Assembly (NCBI GenBank): GCA_964106645.2 | Contig: OZ067050.1 | From: Podarcis pityusensis | Taxonomy: Eukaryota | Reading direction: 5' to 3' (one strand) | DNA length: 64,000 bases | Shown here: positions 12,118 to 25,891 of the stretch, one piece after another | Layout of the letters: each line of letters opens with the position of its first letter | Position numbering within the stretch: position 1 is the first letter of the stretch | The notes under the pieces: model-generated | What the model was told of the DNA's origin: nothing | What the model saw: only the letters and a program-made list of their open reading frames with translations | The model's database searches: none | Program-made: the position numbers and the translations under genes

Positions 12118-13080
12118 ATGAGAGAAGGAAATGACTCCACTGTGAAGGAATTCATCCTTCTGGGTTTCTCTGGATCTCATGAACTACAAATCTTCCTTTT
12201 CATCCTCTTTTTCTTTATGTACATCCTGACAATCACTGGAAATGTGGCCATCATAGCTTTAGTGCGAGCCAGACGACAACTCCACACACCCATGTACTTC
12301 TTCCTCTGCAATCTTTCCTTCCTGGAGATATGGTACACATCAGCCTGTATTCCCAAGACTTTAGCAATCCTTGTGTCCAAGAGCCACCAAACCATCACCT
12401 TCACAGGGTGCATCACACAGATGTACATTGTTTTCTCCTTGGGATGTACAGAATACTTCCTGCTTGCTGTCATGGCTTATGACCGCTATTTGGCCATATG
12501 CCACCCATTGCACTACCACACCATCATGTCCAAAATGTTGTCTGTCCAAATGGCACTGGGATCTTGGATATGTGGCTTTGCAGCGATTTCGGTACCAGCC
12601 TTCCTTATTACCCAGTTGTCTTTCTGTGACTCCAATGTTATCAACCACTTCTTTTGTGACATTGTGCCTTGGATAGTCCTTTCCTGTACTGACACGTACA
12701 CATTAGAAATAGCATGGTTCATACTTGCTGGTATTGTCATCATGGGCTCATGTGTGATAACTTTAATATCCTATGTTTATATCATCACCACAATATTAAA
12801 GATTGCATCTGCTGAAGGCCGTCAACGAGCCTTTTCCACCTGTTCCTCTCATCTCACAGTGGTGATAATATGGTATGGTTCCACCATTTTCCTACATATC
12901 ACACCTGCCAAGCATCAGTCACTGGAATTGACCAAAACAGTCACTCTCCTGAATACTATTGTAACCCCTTTGTTAAATCCTTTCATTTACACACTCAGAA
13001 ATACTGAGGTGCAAGAAGCTTTCAGGGCTACATTCAGATTCACAACTATGTTACAAATTAGCAGAAAAGACAGAGGCTGA
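12118..13080 (+). CDS. OR6F1-like: Olfactory receptor, class II family 6 (OR6F1-like), 320 aa
   Basis: MREGNDST start with NxS; LHTPMYFFL, MAYDRY, NHFFCD, AFSTCSSHL, NPFIYTLRN; acceptor GTTTTGGCAG ends at 12100 so the ORF-track ATG at 12082 is probably intronic. Confidence 0.95.
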   Translation: MREGNDSTVKEFILLGFSGSHELQIFLFILFFFMYILTITGNVAIIALVRARRQLHTPMYFFLCNLSFLEIWYTSACIPKTLAILVSKSHQTITFTGCITQMYIVFSLGCTEYFLLAVMAYDRYLAICHPLHYHTIMSKMLSVQMALGSWICGFAAISVPAFLITQLSFCDSNVINHFFCDIVPWIVLSCTDTYTLEIAWFILAGIVIMGSCVITLISYVYIITTILKIASAEGRQRAFSTCSSHLTVVIIWYGSTIFLHITPAKHQSLELTKTVTLLNTIVTPLLNPFIYTLRNTEVQEAFRATFRFTTMLQISRKDRG

Positions 13081-13317
13081 TGTTCTGTATATGTGTCATT
13101 TGCATGGTGCATGGGACATTTCCTGGCAGTGCACAGAATCATCTGTGCATTTGATGTAGGACTTCTGAATTGCTACAGTGTCCTTCCCTATTCTCACTGC
13201 TCTCTGTCACGACCATTCTTTATCATCCTCATCCATTTACTAAAGATGGAAGTATTAAACAGAAGCTTAAATCTCTCAAATTCACATCAAGTGAATTTCA
13301 TTTCAAAGGGACTAAAG

Positions 13318-13455
13318 TAGGCATAGGCAAACTCCAGCCCTCCAGATGTTTTGAGACTACAATTCCCATCATCCCTGACCACTGGTCCTGTTAGCTAGGG
13401 ATGATGGGGATTGTAGTTCCAAAACATCTGGAGGGTCGGAGTTTGCCTAAGCCTG
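13318..13455. mobile_element. Palindromic hAT-type MITE
   Basis: Nearly fully self-complementary, (T/C)AGGC...GCCTG ends, 8-bp TSD GACTAAAG / AACTAAAG. Confidence 0.85.
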
Positions 13456-16400
13456 AACTAAAGCATCCCTTTGACCCAATTCCAAATATCTGAGGAAAAT
13501 AATTTTATATCTAACATTGTTTCAGAAATTGTTCTCAATACAGGGTTGGCCTTCCCCCTAAATAATGCTACATTCTCTGATTTCAACAGGTGTAGGAGAG
13601 CCCCAAGAATGTGCATTATGGCCCCAGGTGCAGTGAGCCCGAAATTGTTGGGGTTGGAGCATAGGAAGAAGTAATAAAGCCTACCACACTTCTGAGTGCA
13701 AGCACACCCAGTTCAAATAAAATGGAGGCTGATCTAAGGCAGGGTCAGATTTCACTCAGGTCCACTTCAAAAGTCCAGCCCCTTAGCTCGCCCATGATTG
13801 GTCAATTCACGGGCAAGTCCTGACAACCCCTGCAAATGATGGAGGAGATTACATTGTCCATTGGTCATGTGGGAACAGGAAGTTTCCCTCCCGACTCCCC
13901 CATGACTGCACCAGTCCACAACTCTCATTGCCACTGGAACGGTAAATTGACTTTTCAGAAGAAGGCAAACATCTCAGACTCATACCATGTCCCTCTGTGG
14001 ATCAATGAGGAGAAACTGAAAGAAACTAAGACAAAGCAGTAAACTTATCATTGCTTCCCCTTAATTGTGTTTAACATGAAGGTCAACAGAATATGAATAA
14101 ACATTTAAATGGTTTAATATGCATTATTTACGGACACTTCAAGCTTCATGTACATTTTTACTGAACTACTGTTGCTGCTACTATTTCCTTATCTCTCCAT
14201 TGGTAATAGCACATACCCTCCAAATGCCCCAAAATTGCTGGGACTGCCACAGAAACAATTAAGCTATCACTGCCACAAGAAGTCCCAATTTAAGCTGCTC
14301 TTAAAGGGGCTTGCAGTTTTAGTGTAGCTGCAATTTTGTCCATGGCCCCTTTAATAGTAGCTTGGCTTCTCATCTTCTGCGCCGTCCATAAATATGTTAT
14401 GCAGAGAGGAAGACAAGGGGGCGTGAAACAAACATTGATGGTGGAGGGCATTTTTGAGTTATGGTGTTTTCAGAGCCTGCAGGACCCAGTAGGAGAGGAG
14501 AGGGGAGGGGAGGGGAGGGGAGGGGAGAGAGCACTTTCAAAATGTGAGTCTACCCTACTAGGAGGCTGGAAGTATCTTGGCTCTCTCCCCTTCCCTCTTG
14601 TGCCTTCAGACCAGGGTTTGCCAACTTTTTTTGAGCCAGTGGGCACATTGGAATTTTGAGGAGGTGCTATGGGAACCAGTCACAAAAGGACTATTGTGTG
14701 GTCATGGCACAACACAAAATGGCTGCCATGATTTCATGGCATAACATGAAATTGATGCCACAATTAAAAGAGCAGAAAAAGAGACAGGTATAGGTATGCA
14801 TCCATTACCTTCCTCCATCAATTGTGGGGGAGGGGTGCATCTATATAAGTCACCACTGCAGTCGCTCATGAAGAAAAGTTTTTTGCAGCTTCCCTTTCTT
14901 CAGAATGGGGTGGAGGGTGCATATCCATTCCTTATATCAAATGAAGCATGGGACTGCCTGAGAGGGTATGTTTAATAAAGGAGAAGTTGAACCAGTGCCA
15001 ACAAGATCTGAACAGGAAGAGCTAATAATCTCTGATACACTATGTTTTTTTGAAAGGATATATATTTAGAACACTTGCAGGTGCCATACTGGGGGGCACC
15101 CTGGTGTCTGTGGGTGCCATGTTGATGCATTCTTCAGAACATACCCTCATAATGCTGTGGTGATTCTACAATGGTGGCTTAGTTGATAAACACCTCGCTA
15201 CAAACTGAAACATACTACATTGGGGACAGGACCCAGTGGGGAGACCTAGATTCAAGCCATCACTCAGCCAGGCTCTGGTTTTTTTTGAACCAGTTACCAA
15301 ATGTGGTTCTTTAGTGCACATTTCTCCTTATATAAACCATTGTGCAAGCAATTTCCAATAACAGGATGCATTTTTGTATGTTGTCTCAACTAATCTATGC
15401 ATTCTAAAGCACATTTCTCCCTATTATATGTTTTTTGAGAATTTTGTTGTTGTTGGAGACCTAGGGTACTGTAGCCAAGCCAAGGTCAGTCGGCAAATGA
15501 AGCAAAGAAAGCTAAATCCCACTGATTTCAATAAAGTGCCGCCTTTCAAAATATTGTTAAATGTGTTTTATCAGTTCAGTAGAGAGGCAAATGTATGGTA
15601 ACTGGAAGAGAAAAGAGAGAGGAGAAGGAAGGTGGAGGAGAGAGAAAGATACCTTGTTGCCATCATTAGCCACATTCTAAGTGGATCTCCCAGCATTCCA
15701 TAAACTTATTAACGTAATAGGGCAGAGGTGGGATTTGTGACTAAGCAAAGCCATAAGAAGGAAATCTCTTAGGCTATGAGAAGTTAAAGCTCCAGGGTTC
15801 TGCTCATTTAGGATTTCTTGTTTGACTCTTTTGAAAAATTACATCACTCACATCTGAGCTTCTCATCATCTTGAAAGAGGACAGATGTAGAAGTGCTTCA
15901 ATAAGAATTTTAGAACCGTCCGTGAACTGGAATACAAGAAAGGGAGGTATGAGGAGGTCCGGGAAACAAACTAAGGAAAAATAAGTAATAGAAAATCTGA
16001 GTGTTTTTAATCATTTTTATTTTGTAATTTTTTTTTCTTTTTCATTTTTTATTGTAATATTTTAAAAATCCTAATAAATATCTTATTAAAAAAAAAAAAG
16101 AATTTTAGAACCATCCAAGTATGGATTTCCTTATTTTTTTACAGTTGCCTTTAGAAAGCATGAAGAATGGGCCATTGAAAGGTCTACCTTCTCCAGAACT
16201 ATTGCAATCCAATAACTAGTTAAAAAGAAGATGTGCAATGTAATTGTGTCTGTTCACAAGTAGGCATTGCTGAATCCAATGGGTCTTACTCTCAGGTAAG
16301 TGTGTACAAGATTTAAGTCTCAGGGTCCTAGATACATTGAAGCAGGACATGCTCCAGCCAAATTTAATAAGGTGCATTAACTCAATTTGAAGGCAGTTCA

Positions 16401-17766
16401 CATTCACACTATACATTTAAAGCACTCTCCTGTCACTTTAACAGTGATGGCTTCCCCCAAAGAATCATTCAAGCTGTAGTTTGTTAAAGGTGCTGTGAGT
16501 TGCTGTGGGACCCCTCACAGAGCTACAGTTCCCAGCACCCTTAACAAATTACAATTCCTAAGATATTCTAGGAGAAATCAATGTTTCTCCTAGCAATGTT
16601 TTGCAAATATTATACAGTAAATGTATTGTGTGGATATGACCATAAATTTGGCTGAAACAGACCAATTATTTTTAAAAATATATATATTCAGAGTTGTGTT
16701 ATAAGGATATGAAGAGATATTACAGAAACTGACAACCTGATTATGCCTGTGTTATTGTTTCCAAATCCAGTTTCATTAGAACTTGATAGCTTCAGCTTCT
16801 TTTTCTTCCTCCTCCACTAGCTGTCTGCATTTCAATAGGTCAGTGACAGCAGTGAGGTCATCATTTTTAGTTCATGTAGGTATCACATACTTTTAAGTAC
16901 AACCCTATATTACATAGAGGTCAATTGGGAAATTCCTATTTGTCATGATATTTGACTGTATTCTGAATTAGCAGTGGAGTATTTTGGTAACATATATTAC
17001 CTTTTTAGAGAGTTATGCTTTATCTCTCAATCTTGAAAACCATAGAGAATAGCTTGAATTGGTTTTATTATTAATTGAAAATATATAAATTGATGCTAGA
17101 CTCACAATCACATTTCAACTAGAATAAAACCTGAAGTGTATTTTGACAGTCCTGTACTATGTATAGCATCCAGTACTGTCTTCCCAGCTCTACAACAGAA
17201 ATTAGTGTTTGCCATGTGAGTTCAGGTTTCTCTTCCCCTTCCTTCAGCTTCTCATGCACATTCCAAAACCTGGTCCTGAAGGTCCCCCAACCTTCCAGAG
17301 CAGATTTTTGGCTGTATTGGGGTTGCAGTGAGGAGGAAAGAAATTTTAATCTCAGACCAGGAAATGGACCTTCAGCACACAATCAAAATTACAAGCCACT
17401 AGTAAATGCAAGTAAGATGTTCAAAATGAGCAACAGATGCTCTCCTGAATTGAAGAACAATAGCAAAGGCTGAATAAATCTCTGCACACATTTTAAAACG
17501 TCATTGAAATTGTTAATAATCACATGAGTAAGAATCTTGTGACTATTTTATTAGCTGCTGATCTACTTTTCATCTGATTTGCCCCGTTACTGATTTCAGA
17601 ATTTCCAGATTGTTTTTTTAGACTATGCCATAATTACTAGTATAAGTGGATTTATTGATATGACTGATGTCACTTTGCATGAATCAGTTTCACCCCCACC
17701 CCAAGAATTGTGCTTAGAATACTCTGTTTTTATTAACAGCGGAAGCAGCAATTAACCTACAGAAGA

Positions 17767-18738
17767 ATGTGGAACCAAACCTCACATGTAGAATTCATAA
17801 TTATGGGTTTCCCTGAACTTCCACAACATCAGTTATATTTATTTGCATTTTTCAGCACCATCTACCTTCTAACTCTTCTGGAAAATGTCCTCCTCATTTT
17901 GACCATTTCATTGAACAACCACCTTCATACTCCCATGTACTTCTTCCTAGGAAATCTCTCTCTTTTGGAAATATTCTATGTCTCAGTAACAATGCCCAAA
18001 TTGTTATCAAATCTGTTGTTGGGTGAGAAGACAATCACTTTGGAGGGCTGCATCACTCAGCTGTATTTTTTCTTATCTTTGGCTTCTTCTGAATGCTTTC
18101 TCTTGGCAACTATGGCCTATGACAGGTATTTGGCCATTTGCTACCCATTACATTATGCAACACTCATGAATCACAGAGCATTCACTGTCTTGAGTCTGGT
18201 TTCCTGGCTAGGTGGCTTCCTGGCTTCCTTTCCATCAGTGTTGATGATCTCCAACTTGCAGTTTTGCAGGAAAAATACAATCAGACACTTTTTCTGTGAC
18301 CTCTCACCTTTGTTGAGGTTGTCATGCACCGACACTTCATCCATTGAGATGTTGGATTTTGGGGCAGCTTTAGCAGTCCTCATGACTTCACTGGCTGTCA
18401 CTGGAACATCTTACGTATGCATCTTTTGCACAGTTGCAAAAATCCCCTCCGTCAAAGGGAAGCGGAAAGCTTTTTCCACCTGTGTCTCACACCTGGCAGT
18501 TGTTTCTATGTTCTATGCCACCACCATATTCATGTATGCACGACCCAAGGCCATTGGAACCTTTGATCTCAACAAGCTGGTGTCCATCCTCTACACAGTG
18601 GTGGCTCCGTTTCTCAATCCTATCATCTACAGCCTTAGAAACAGGGAAGTGAGGAAGGCCTTAAGGAGAGCTTTACATAACTCAGCCATGTTATCAAAAT
18701 GTTTTCAAACAGAGAAGCTAAAGCCATCACAAAACTGA
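17767..18738 (+). CDS. Olfactory receptor, class II family 6 (OR6B/6P-like), 323 aa
   Basis: NQT glycosylation site, LLEN in TM1, LHTPMYFFL, MAYDRY, HFFCD, KAFSTCVSHL, MYARP, NPIIYSLRN. Confidence 0.95.
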   Translation: MWNQTSHVEFIIMGFPELPQHQLYLFAFFSTIYLLTLLENVLLILTISLNNHLHTPMYFFLGNLSLLEIFYVSVTMPKLLSNLLLGEKTITLEGCITQLYFFLSLASSECFLLATMAYDRYLAICYPLHYATLMNHRAFTVLSLVSWLGGFLASFPSVLMISNLQFCRKNTIRHFFCDLSPLLRLSCTDTSSIEMLDFGAALAVLMTSLAVTGTSYVCIFCTVAKIPSVKGKRKAFSTCVSHLAVVSMFYATTIFMYARPKAIGTFDLNKLVSILYTVVAPFLNPIIYSLRNREVRKALRRALHNSAMLSKCFQTEKLKPSQN

Positions 18739-19562
18739 AAATTACCAAATTCAGATACCTTCTCCATTCACCATCAAGCTTCACATGATAACTTGTGCAA
18801 TGATAAAATACATTGGAAACTACGAAAACATTAAGAGGTTCTGATATGTGGCCTCTGTGATTTCAGGGTGGGTTTCAGAAAGTTACATTTCATCTAAGTT
18901 TTAATTTGTATTTTTTTAATTGTTGCTATATTTGTATTGTTCCTGTTATACCTAATTGCAAATTCAAATGTATCCCTATCATGTTTTATGACTTCCTTGA
19001 TATTGTATGTGGGCTGGAACTGGTCTGTGACCAAAATAATAAAATTCATTCATACATTTCATCAGGTTTTCCATCATACACTAAATCAGTTTATACAGTC
19101 TGATTTTGCGGATACTTCTTCCCATTTGTTGATTCCAAAATAAAGACATACCAAGCTGTCTAAAAGTTTCTGATTGCCAGGGTTTTTTTCTAAATAAAAT
19201 GTAGAATTGCACAGTGAGATGTGATCTGAATTCCAATGGATAATGTACATTGTTGCAACCCTCCTGAAAATCGCATGTCTTCTGGTGTGGATAAGTGTTC
19301 CCACGTCACATCTTGGAAAGGCAAGAACATTCATTTATCTAACAGGAGATTTTGGATATACTGATAAAATATAGACCAGAACGATGTCAGACATGGAATG
19401 GATCCTTAAGGATCTCATGAAAGAAGTCAGTGAATTCATGCTGTCGCAAACTGTATGTAAATGAATTGCTTCCAGGAACCTAGGCTGCAACCTAGGTCAA
19501 CTCTTCTAACTTGAAATCTGTCCATGTGAAAGCACCTTTACACCTTGATTCTAAACACATTA

Positions 19563-19804
19563 CAGTGGTACCTCGGGTTAAATACTTAATTTGTTCCGGA
19601 GGTCCGTTCTTAACCTGAAACTGTTCTTAACCTGAAGCACCACTTTAGCTAATGGGGCCTCCTGCTGCTGCCACGCCGCCGGAGCACGATTTCTGTTCTC
19701 ATCCTGAAGCAAAGTTTTTAACCCGAGGTACTATTTCCGGGTTAGCGGAGTCTGTAACCTGAAGCGTATGTAACCTGAAGCGTATGTAACCTGAGGTACC
19801 ACTG
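19563..19804. mobile_element. Tigger/pogo-like MITE (CAGTGGTACCTC TIR family)
   Basis: TIR CAGTGGTACCTCGGGTTA / TAACCTGAGGTACCACTG; same family as 48691 and 55352 in opposite orientation. Confidence 0.9.
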
Positions 19805-21208
19805 GAAGCATGTCTCACATTTATTTGTAATATGCTGACAGATTCTGGTGCTAGTTTTCAGCAGTACAGCCCAATAGGTAGAGACAGCAGAAAATTTATA
19901 AGCTATGCCACAGGTTACTGTTTCACAAGTTCTTTCATGGAAAATGCCATCAGCACTGGTGTGCTAAAAAGACATATTCAAGCATTACAAAAGCCTAACC
20001 ACAACAGTCCCACTCCCTTCATCCTGATCTTGCCACATTTAGTGGTGAGGCCTCAAGTGAGCTTATAAATATGCTCATCTGAATATGTGTATAACCCTCC
20101 TTTTAATCAGTGGTCCAAACACATGCGAAATCCCAAAACTGTGAAGCGCTTCAACTTGCCATTAAAAATGACAATGTGAGGGGTGGAGGGGCTGGGCCTG
20201 TCAGGCATATCTCCTCCACACATTGAATTTTGTAATGCCTTAAGAGTGATCAAAACTGGGAAGTCTGAGATTCAAATCATCATTCTGTGATGAAGCTCTC
20301 AAGGAAGGCTTGGGCCAGTCACTATCTTTCAACTCAACCTACCTTACAACTAGATACCTTCCAGATGGTGTTGGATTGTAACTCCCAACAGACCCTGCTA
20401 GCATGGACAATGCTCAGGGACAATGGGAATAGTAGCCCAGTGACATTTAATAAAGCATCATAGTAAAGGACAGGTGGCCATACACTCACCAAAATAGCGT
20501 TGTGTGCCAAATGGGGAGGCCTCATGGGCCTAATTAAACCAATAGGTTGTAGGCTCCCCACTACTGGTGTACAGGATTGCATTGAAGAGAATTAAAATGA
20601 AGATGGGCTGTGTCTGTTCACATGGCCTTGTGGTGCACCTATCAGCACCTCCATTCATGATAAGCCCTTAATGTAATTTGGTAAGAGCAGAATCCAGTCT
20701 CATTACCATTGAACACATACCCTCCAACATTTTTCCAATGAAAATAGGGATGTCCCATTCCATAATGATAATTTTATAATTTACATCCCACACATCTTAT
20801 TGAGTTGTGCCAGCACTCTGGGAAATTTCCAACATATATAAAACACAATAGAACATCAAACATTTTAATAAAATCTTCCCTACACAGGATTGCCTCCAGA
20901 TGGCTTGAGGGTTAGATAACTCCATACCCTCCAACATTTCTCCAATGAAAATAGGGACGTACTAAGGAAAAGCAGGACATTCCAGGATCAAATCAGAAAC
21001 TGGGACAGCTTCTCTAAATCTGTGACATCTCCGGAAAATAGGGATACTTGGAGGGTCTGTCAATATATTAGTTAGCTGTTAGATATCTTGAGTATATACA
21101 CTTGCTTTGTAAATTCAGAACATATTGATTTCAATAGGATATTTCTTCCCAATATAAATATTATCTTCAGGAGAAGGATTTTCTTCAGAATCCCAGTGAG
21201 GGAAAATA

Positions 21209-21467
21209 CTGTATTTTTTGCTCTATAAGACTCACTTTTTCCCTCCTAAAAAGTAAGGGGAAATGTGTGTGCGTCTTAAGGAGCGAATGCAGGCTGCACA
21301 ACTATCCCAGAAACCAGAACAGCAAGAGGGATTGCTGCTTTCACTGCGCAGCAATCCCTCTTGCTGTTCTGGCTTCTGAGATTCAGAATTTTTTTTTCTT
21401 GTTTTCCTCCTCCAAAAACTAGGTGCGTTTTGTGGTCTGGTGCGTCTTATAGAGCGAAAAATACGGG
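21209..21467. mobile_element. Tc1/mariner-superfamily (Tc2/pogo-like) MITE
   Basis: TA flanks; TIR CTGTATTTTTTGCTCTATAAGAC / GTCTTATAGAGCGAAAAATACGG. Confidence 0.85.
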
Positions 21468-23369
21468 TATATTAAATTTCCCCTTCATACCTGCTGCTAT
21501 TAATACTTTGAAAAGAGGGCAGGGTTTTTTGGTACACATTTTACATCACATTTATCTGATCCACATTATGTTTTGATCCACTCATTTGTTTTTGATCCAC
21601 CCATATGTTTAATGGTTCTAGTATATACAGTGAAACCATTATCCAAGATAAATTAGGGAGTGGTTTGTGAAATACCCTTCTATTAATTGTCATATATGTC
21701 TATAGTGTACCTTGGATTCAAACACCAGCTTCTAGCATCACACCCAAACAAAAACCAGGAAATCAAATTGATTTGGGTCTTAAATAGAGACTGATCATTG
21801 CAGGAATGTTACATCATCTGTTTTCATAAGATACTGACCAGGAAATAAAACAACTATTGAAGACACAACCTAAGTTTTGTGAACTTTGAGGAGATTCAGC
21901 AGCTGCAGGACTGTTTCCTAGTGATTCGTAATCCAACAGTGAGTAAATGAAACTGATATGCTACATTCTGCTTCAAAGAGCAGAAACTAGACCAACCTGT
22001 TTGACCACAAATACAAAAGCTAGACCAGTAGTTATGTGGGCTTTTGACTGCTGAAGGAAGTACGTTGACATGATGACTGCCAAATGAGGTGACAAATGGA
22101 GATAAGTTTAATGCATTTAACAATGGAAAATGGGGATCTGTCAATCCCCTCCCATATCCTCCTTCAGCGAGCTTTGTTTTGATAAGCATGGAGACATTTT
22201 CATTCTGAAACCAACTTTTTTCCTTATAAAAAAAAGTTCATTTTTATTCCTGCACTGCTATTGATCCAATGTTGCTATATAGAATTTTAATGGTAGGATT
22301 TTGTGTTTTTTTTAATTGTCAGTTGTTTTAAGGACTGTTATTCTTATGTTTCACAAGCTGTTGAGTCTAATGTATTACTTAACAGTATCTAATTAATAAT
22401 GACTAATGTCTTTCTTTCTTTCTTTCTTAACAAAGAAAAAAGAAAACCTTTTCCATTTACTGTCCTCGTATTTATCTTGCGATCTGTGAAGAAAAAACCT
22501 GCAACAATTCCTCTCCCACCTTTCCTCCATCTGGTTATACTACTCTCACATAGCAACGTCAGAATTTCTAAGCTTACATCTTGCTTAGTGTGTCTGAACA
22601 GATTTATGTTCACCTGTTTGCATATTCATATACTGTACACATTTTTCATTAGACAGCAGTTTTGCAAGATTCAGCTCTGGTCAAAAATCTCTGTGTCTAC
22701 ATTAAGAAAATAATAATAATAATCTGCATCAAAAATGTATACCATACTCCTAGGATATAGGAGGAACTTTGCTCTTACTTTCACATCAATGAGCAGTTAA
22801 GTTGGAGGCAAGTCACATTGACTGGATGTTCTACTGTGAATGCTAGCACAGTCTTATTATGTGTGTTTACTGAGAAGTATGTTTGTGTGTGTTTAGTGGA
22901 GCCTACACTCTAGTGAGTTTGTTTAGGTTTGCAGCCTTAGGCTATGCTGTTGTTCTGCCTATATTATTGTTTTCAATGCTGAATATACTTCTCCCCCCCC
23001 CCCAAAAAAAATGACCCCTGAATTTTTAAATTTTATTGATATTGATGCTGCATTTTATGTTGTATTTTATGCTGTTTTATGCTGTTTTTAAGTCGCATTT
23101 TAATCAATGTTTTATATTTGCTGTTAGCCACCCTGAGCCTGGTTTTTAAACTGGGACGAGTGGGGTATAAATAAAAATTAAAAATAAAATAAAATAGATG
23201 CAATGTACCAAGAGCATTATTCTTCTGATGTCTGACTAACTTAAGTGCCAGCACTTCAAAGCACATATCTGGATTTTCAAACTGAGATGAACTGCGAAAA
23301 AATAATCTCTAGACTGAAAGAGCACCTCAGTCTAGCCATATTTCCTACAAAAAAAGCTGTAAACAGTGT

Positions 23370-23710
23370 CAACCTATAAAATCATTAAACTTTGTTTTAT
23401 TACGCAGCGTCCCTTTAATTGCAACTTCTTTCTAAAAATGAAACTTGTGCAATTAATCACCCAAGGGCAGCTACCTAGACGTTAATGAGATGTGTCTCTC
23501 CAGATGATTTTTCTTGTAAATTCCTTGTTCCCTAATAATACTTCTGAGAATTTTGACTCTGGGCAGCAATGATTGGGTCCACAGTGACTAATTCAGCTTC
23601 AAGCCCTGTGGATCAGAAACGCTGAGATTTTGATTAATCTCCTGAGATACTATAGCAACATACAATGTGACATTTCTGTAACTCTAATGGGGCCCACAGA
23701 GAGCTGTTAG
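23370..23710. promoter_or_regulatory. Candidate OR cluster enhancer (homeodomain + O/E-like motif cluster)
   Basis: TCATTA, TAATTG, TAATCACCCAAGGG, TAATGA, GATTAATCTCCTGAGA, TAATGGGGCCCACAGAG within about 340 bp between convergent genes. Confidence 0.35.
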
Positions 23711-24179
23711 CAAAGAAACTTTTTTCCCTAAGACAAAATGCAGCTCTAAGCAGGGATCTCACTTCATGCTACTTTCAAAAAAATATCCTAGCACTGACAA
23801 ACATTAGACAAAAAAGGATATAGGTTTTGTGTGAAATATGCTTCTATCTGTGTCTGGCAATGGACATACACATGCAGTGAATTTCTGCTTTTATACAAGG
23901 ACACTATGTCATCATTTAAAATGTAATCCGGCATCTCAGCACTCAAAGGAATGGCACTCTGAGTCACAGTGATTACATCCCTGCTTCCTGTCACATGGCC
24001 AAAATAAACCTCTTCTGCATGGCTGAAATTTACACAAATTAACACACTATGTCAGAGTTGCTGTGCACATTTCAGTAAAATAAATGATAGTTTGGTAAAA
24101 TAAATGATAGTTTGTGTTCTGCTTCCTCACCTCCACCTCTACCTCCACCCCAGAGCAGCCGGCAATATTTGACCAAGAG

Positions 24180-24950
24180 GTTATTTTTTAATTAAATTTA
24201 TATACCCGCCCCCACTTTGCATGGTGGTTCACAGTATAAAAACACAAAATTAACCACAACCCCCCGACACACACAGTCATATTTTAAAGGCCATAGATGG
24301 TTTAATCAGTCAAAGGCCTGGGAAAAGAGGAATGGTTTTGTCTGGCACCCAAAGATATGTAATGAAGGTGTCAGATGAGCCTCCCTTGGGAGAGCATTCC
24401 ACAAACCAGAAGCCACACCCTCTGGACCTCATGGAGGGGACACAGGAAGAAGGGCCGCAGAATATTATTGCAGGATCTGGGTGAGTTCATATGGGGAGAG
24501 GCAGTCCTTCAGGTACTGTGGTCCTGAGAGATTGAAGGCTTTATAGGTCAAAAGTGGTGATTTAATTTGGACCCATAAACTAATTGGCAGCCAGTGCAGT
24601 CAGGCCATGATTGATGTAGTATGTTCAAAATGCCGTGCCCCAGCAAGCAACCTGGCAGCTTAATTCTGCAACAGCTGAAGTTTCTGAACTGTCTTCAGAA
24701 GCAGCTCCACATATAATGAGTTGCAGCAATCTAACCTAGAGGTTACCAGAGCATAGACAACAGTAGTTGGGCAATCCCTGTCCAGATAGGGGTGCAGCTT
24801 GGCTGAAGCTGATGGAAGGCACTCTGTGCCACTGAGACCACCTGAGCTTCAAGCGACATTCAATGGATCCAGTAGTAGCTCCAAGCTGTGTACCCAGGCC
24901 TTCAGAGGGAGTGTAACCCCACCAAGGGCAGGCAACATCCCATCAATCTG
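24180..24950 (-). mobile_element. L2 LINE 3' fragment
   Basis: Degenerate RT C-terminal region (LHWLP-type motif on minus strand near 24585-24600) and GGCGGGTATATAAAT tail; antiparallel similarity to 38640-39305. Confidence 0.75.
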
Positions 24951-25649
24951 GTTGAGGGAACCTTGCACTAAGCTACTGCTGGATTCAGAGGAGCAGTGGG
25001 AAGAACCAGCTGGGGAGCCTACAAGGAAATCCAAAAGGGAAGAAGGTGTAGAGCCAGGGGATTGGTGGTGAGATGACAATGAGTGGTCATAGGGACAAGA
25101 GGGAGCAGACTGGGGAGGAGGAGGTATCAGGAACTAAAGAGGTAACAGTGTTGTGAGAAGGGAGAGGCTGTGGCAGAGAGCAGTTCAGAATCAGAGGCTG
25201 AAGTGGAGGATGAAGAGGAGGGGGTGGACTAGAGGCAGGTTTCTGAAGAAGCCACGGGGTCTCCCCCAGCTGCACTGACCTCCCTCCTGGTCTCCCAGAA
25301 CCCACAACGGCATGAAGAGGGTGGAGTAGAAACATACAGATTGGGAAGGCCCCAGGAGAGGAGTAGACTTAGGGAACTGTAGGAAGGCAGGGACTTTTGG
25401 TCCTGGCAACTGCCTCATTAGGGTAGGATCTACTGAGAAGAACTGTTGTGCTCTATAGGCCTGAACTGTTTTGTTTCTTTGAATAAATAGTTAACTTCAC
25501 TGACACCTTGTGAGTTGTTGCTGACCTGTTCCTGACATATGCCCTGATATGACAGGCTTTCTGTGTTCCTATGTGTTCATTTATATGGGAAAACAAACAC
25601 ATTTAGTAGTCCTGCTTCATAGTCTTGATGTTAAGTGTGTAACAATTTA

Positions 25650-25891
25650 CAGTGGTACCTCTGGTTACAAACAGAAACCGTTCCGGAGGTCCGTTTGTAA
25701 CCGGAAACCGCTCGTAACATGAGGCGCCATTAGTGAAAGCGCGCCTCCCGCTGTGCACTGGCCTACAGCACAAGATTTCTGCTCACATCCCGGGGCAAAG
25801 TTTGCAACCGGGAGTGGCTACTTCCAGGTTACCAGAGCTCGTAACTCACAGTGTGCGCAACCAGAGGCATTCACAACCAGAGGTACCACTG
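25650..25891. mobile_element. Tigger/pogo-like MITE
   Basis: TA flanks, TIR CAGTGGTACCTCTGGTT / AACCAGAGGTACCACTG. Confidence 0.9.
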
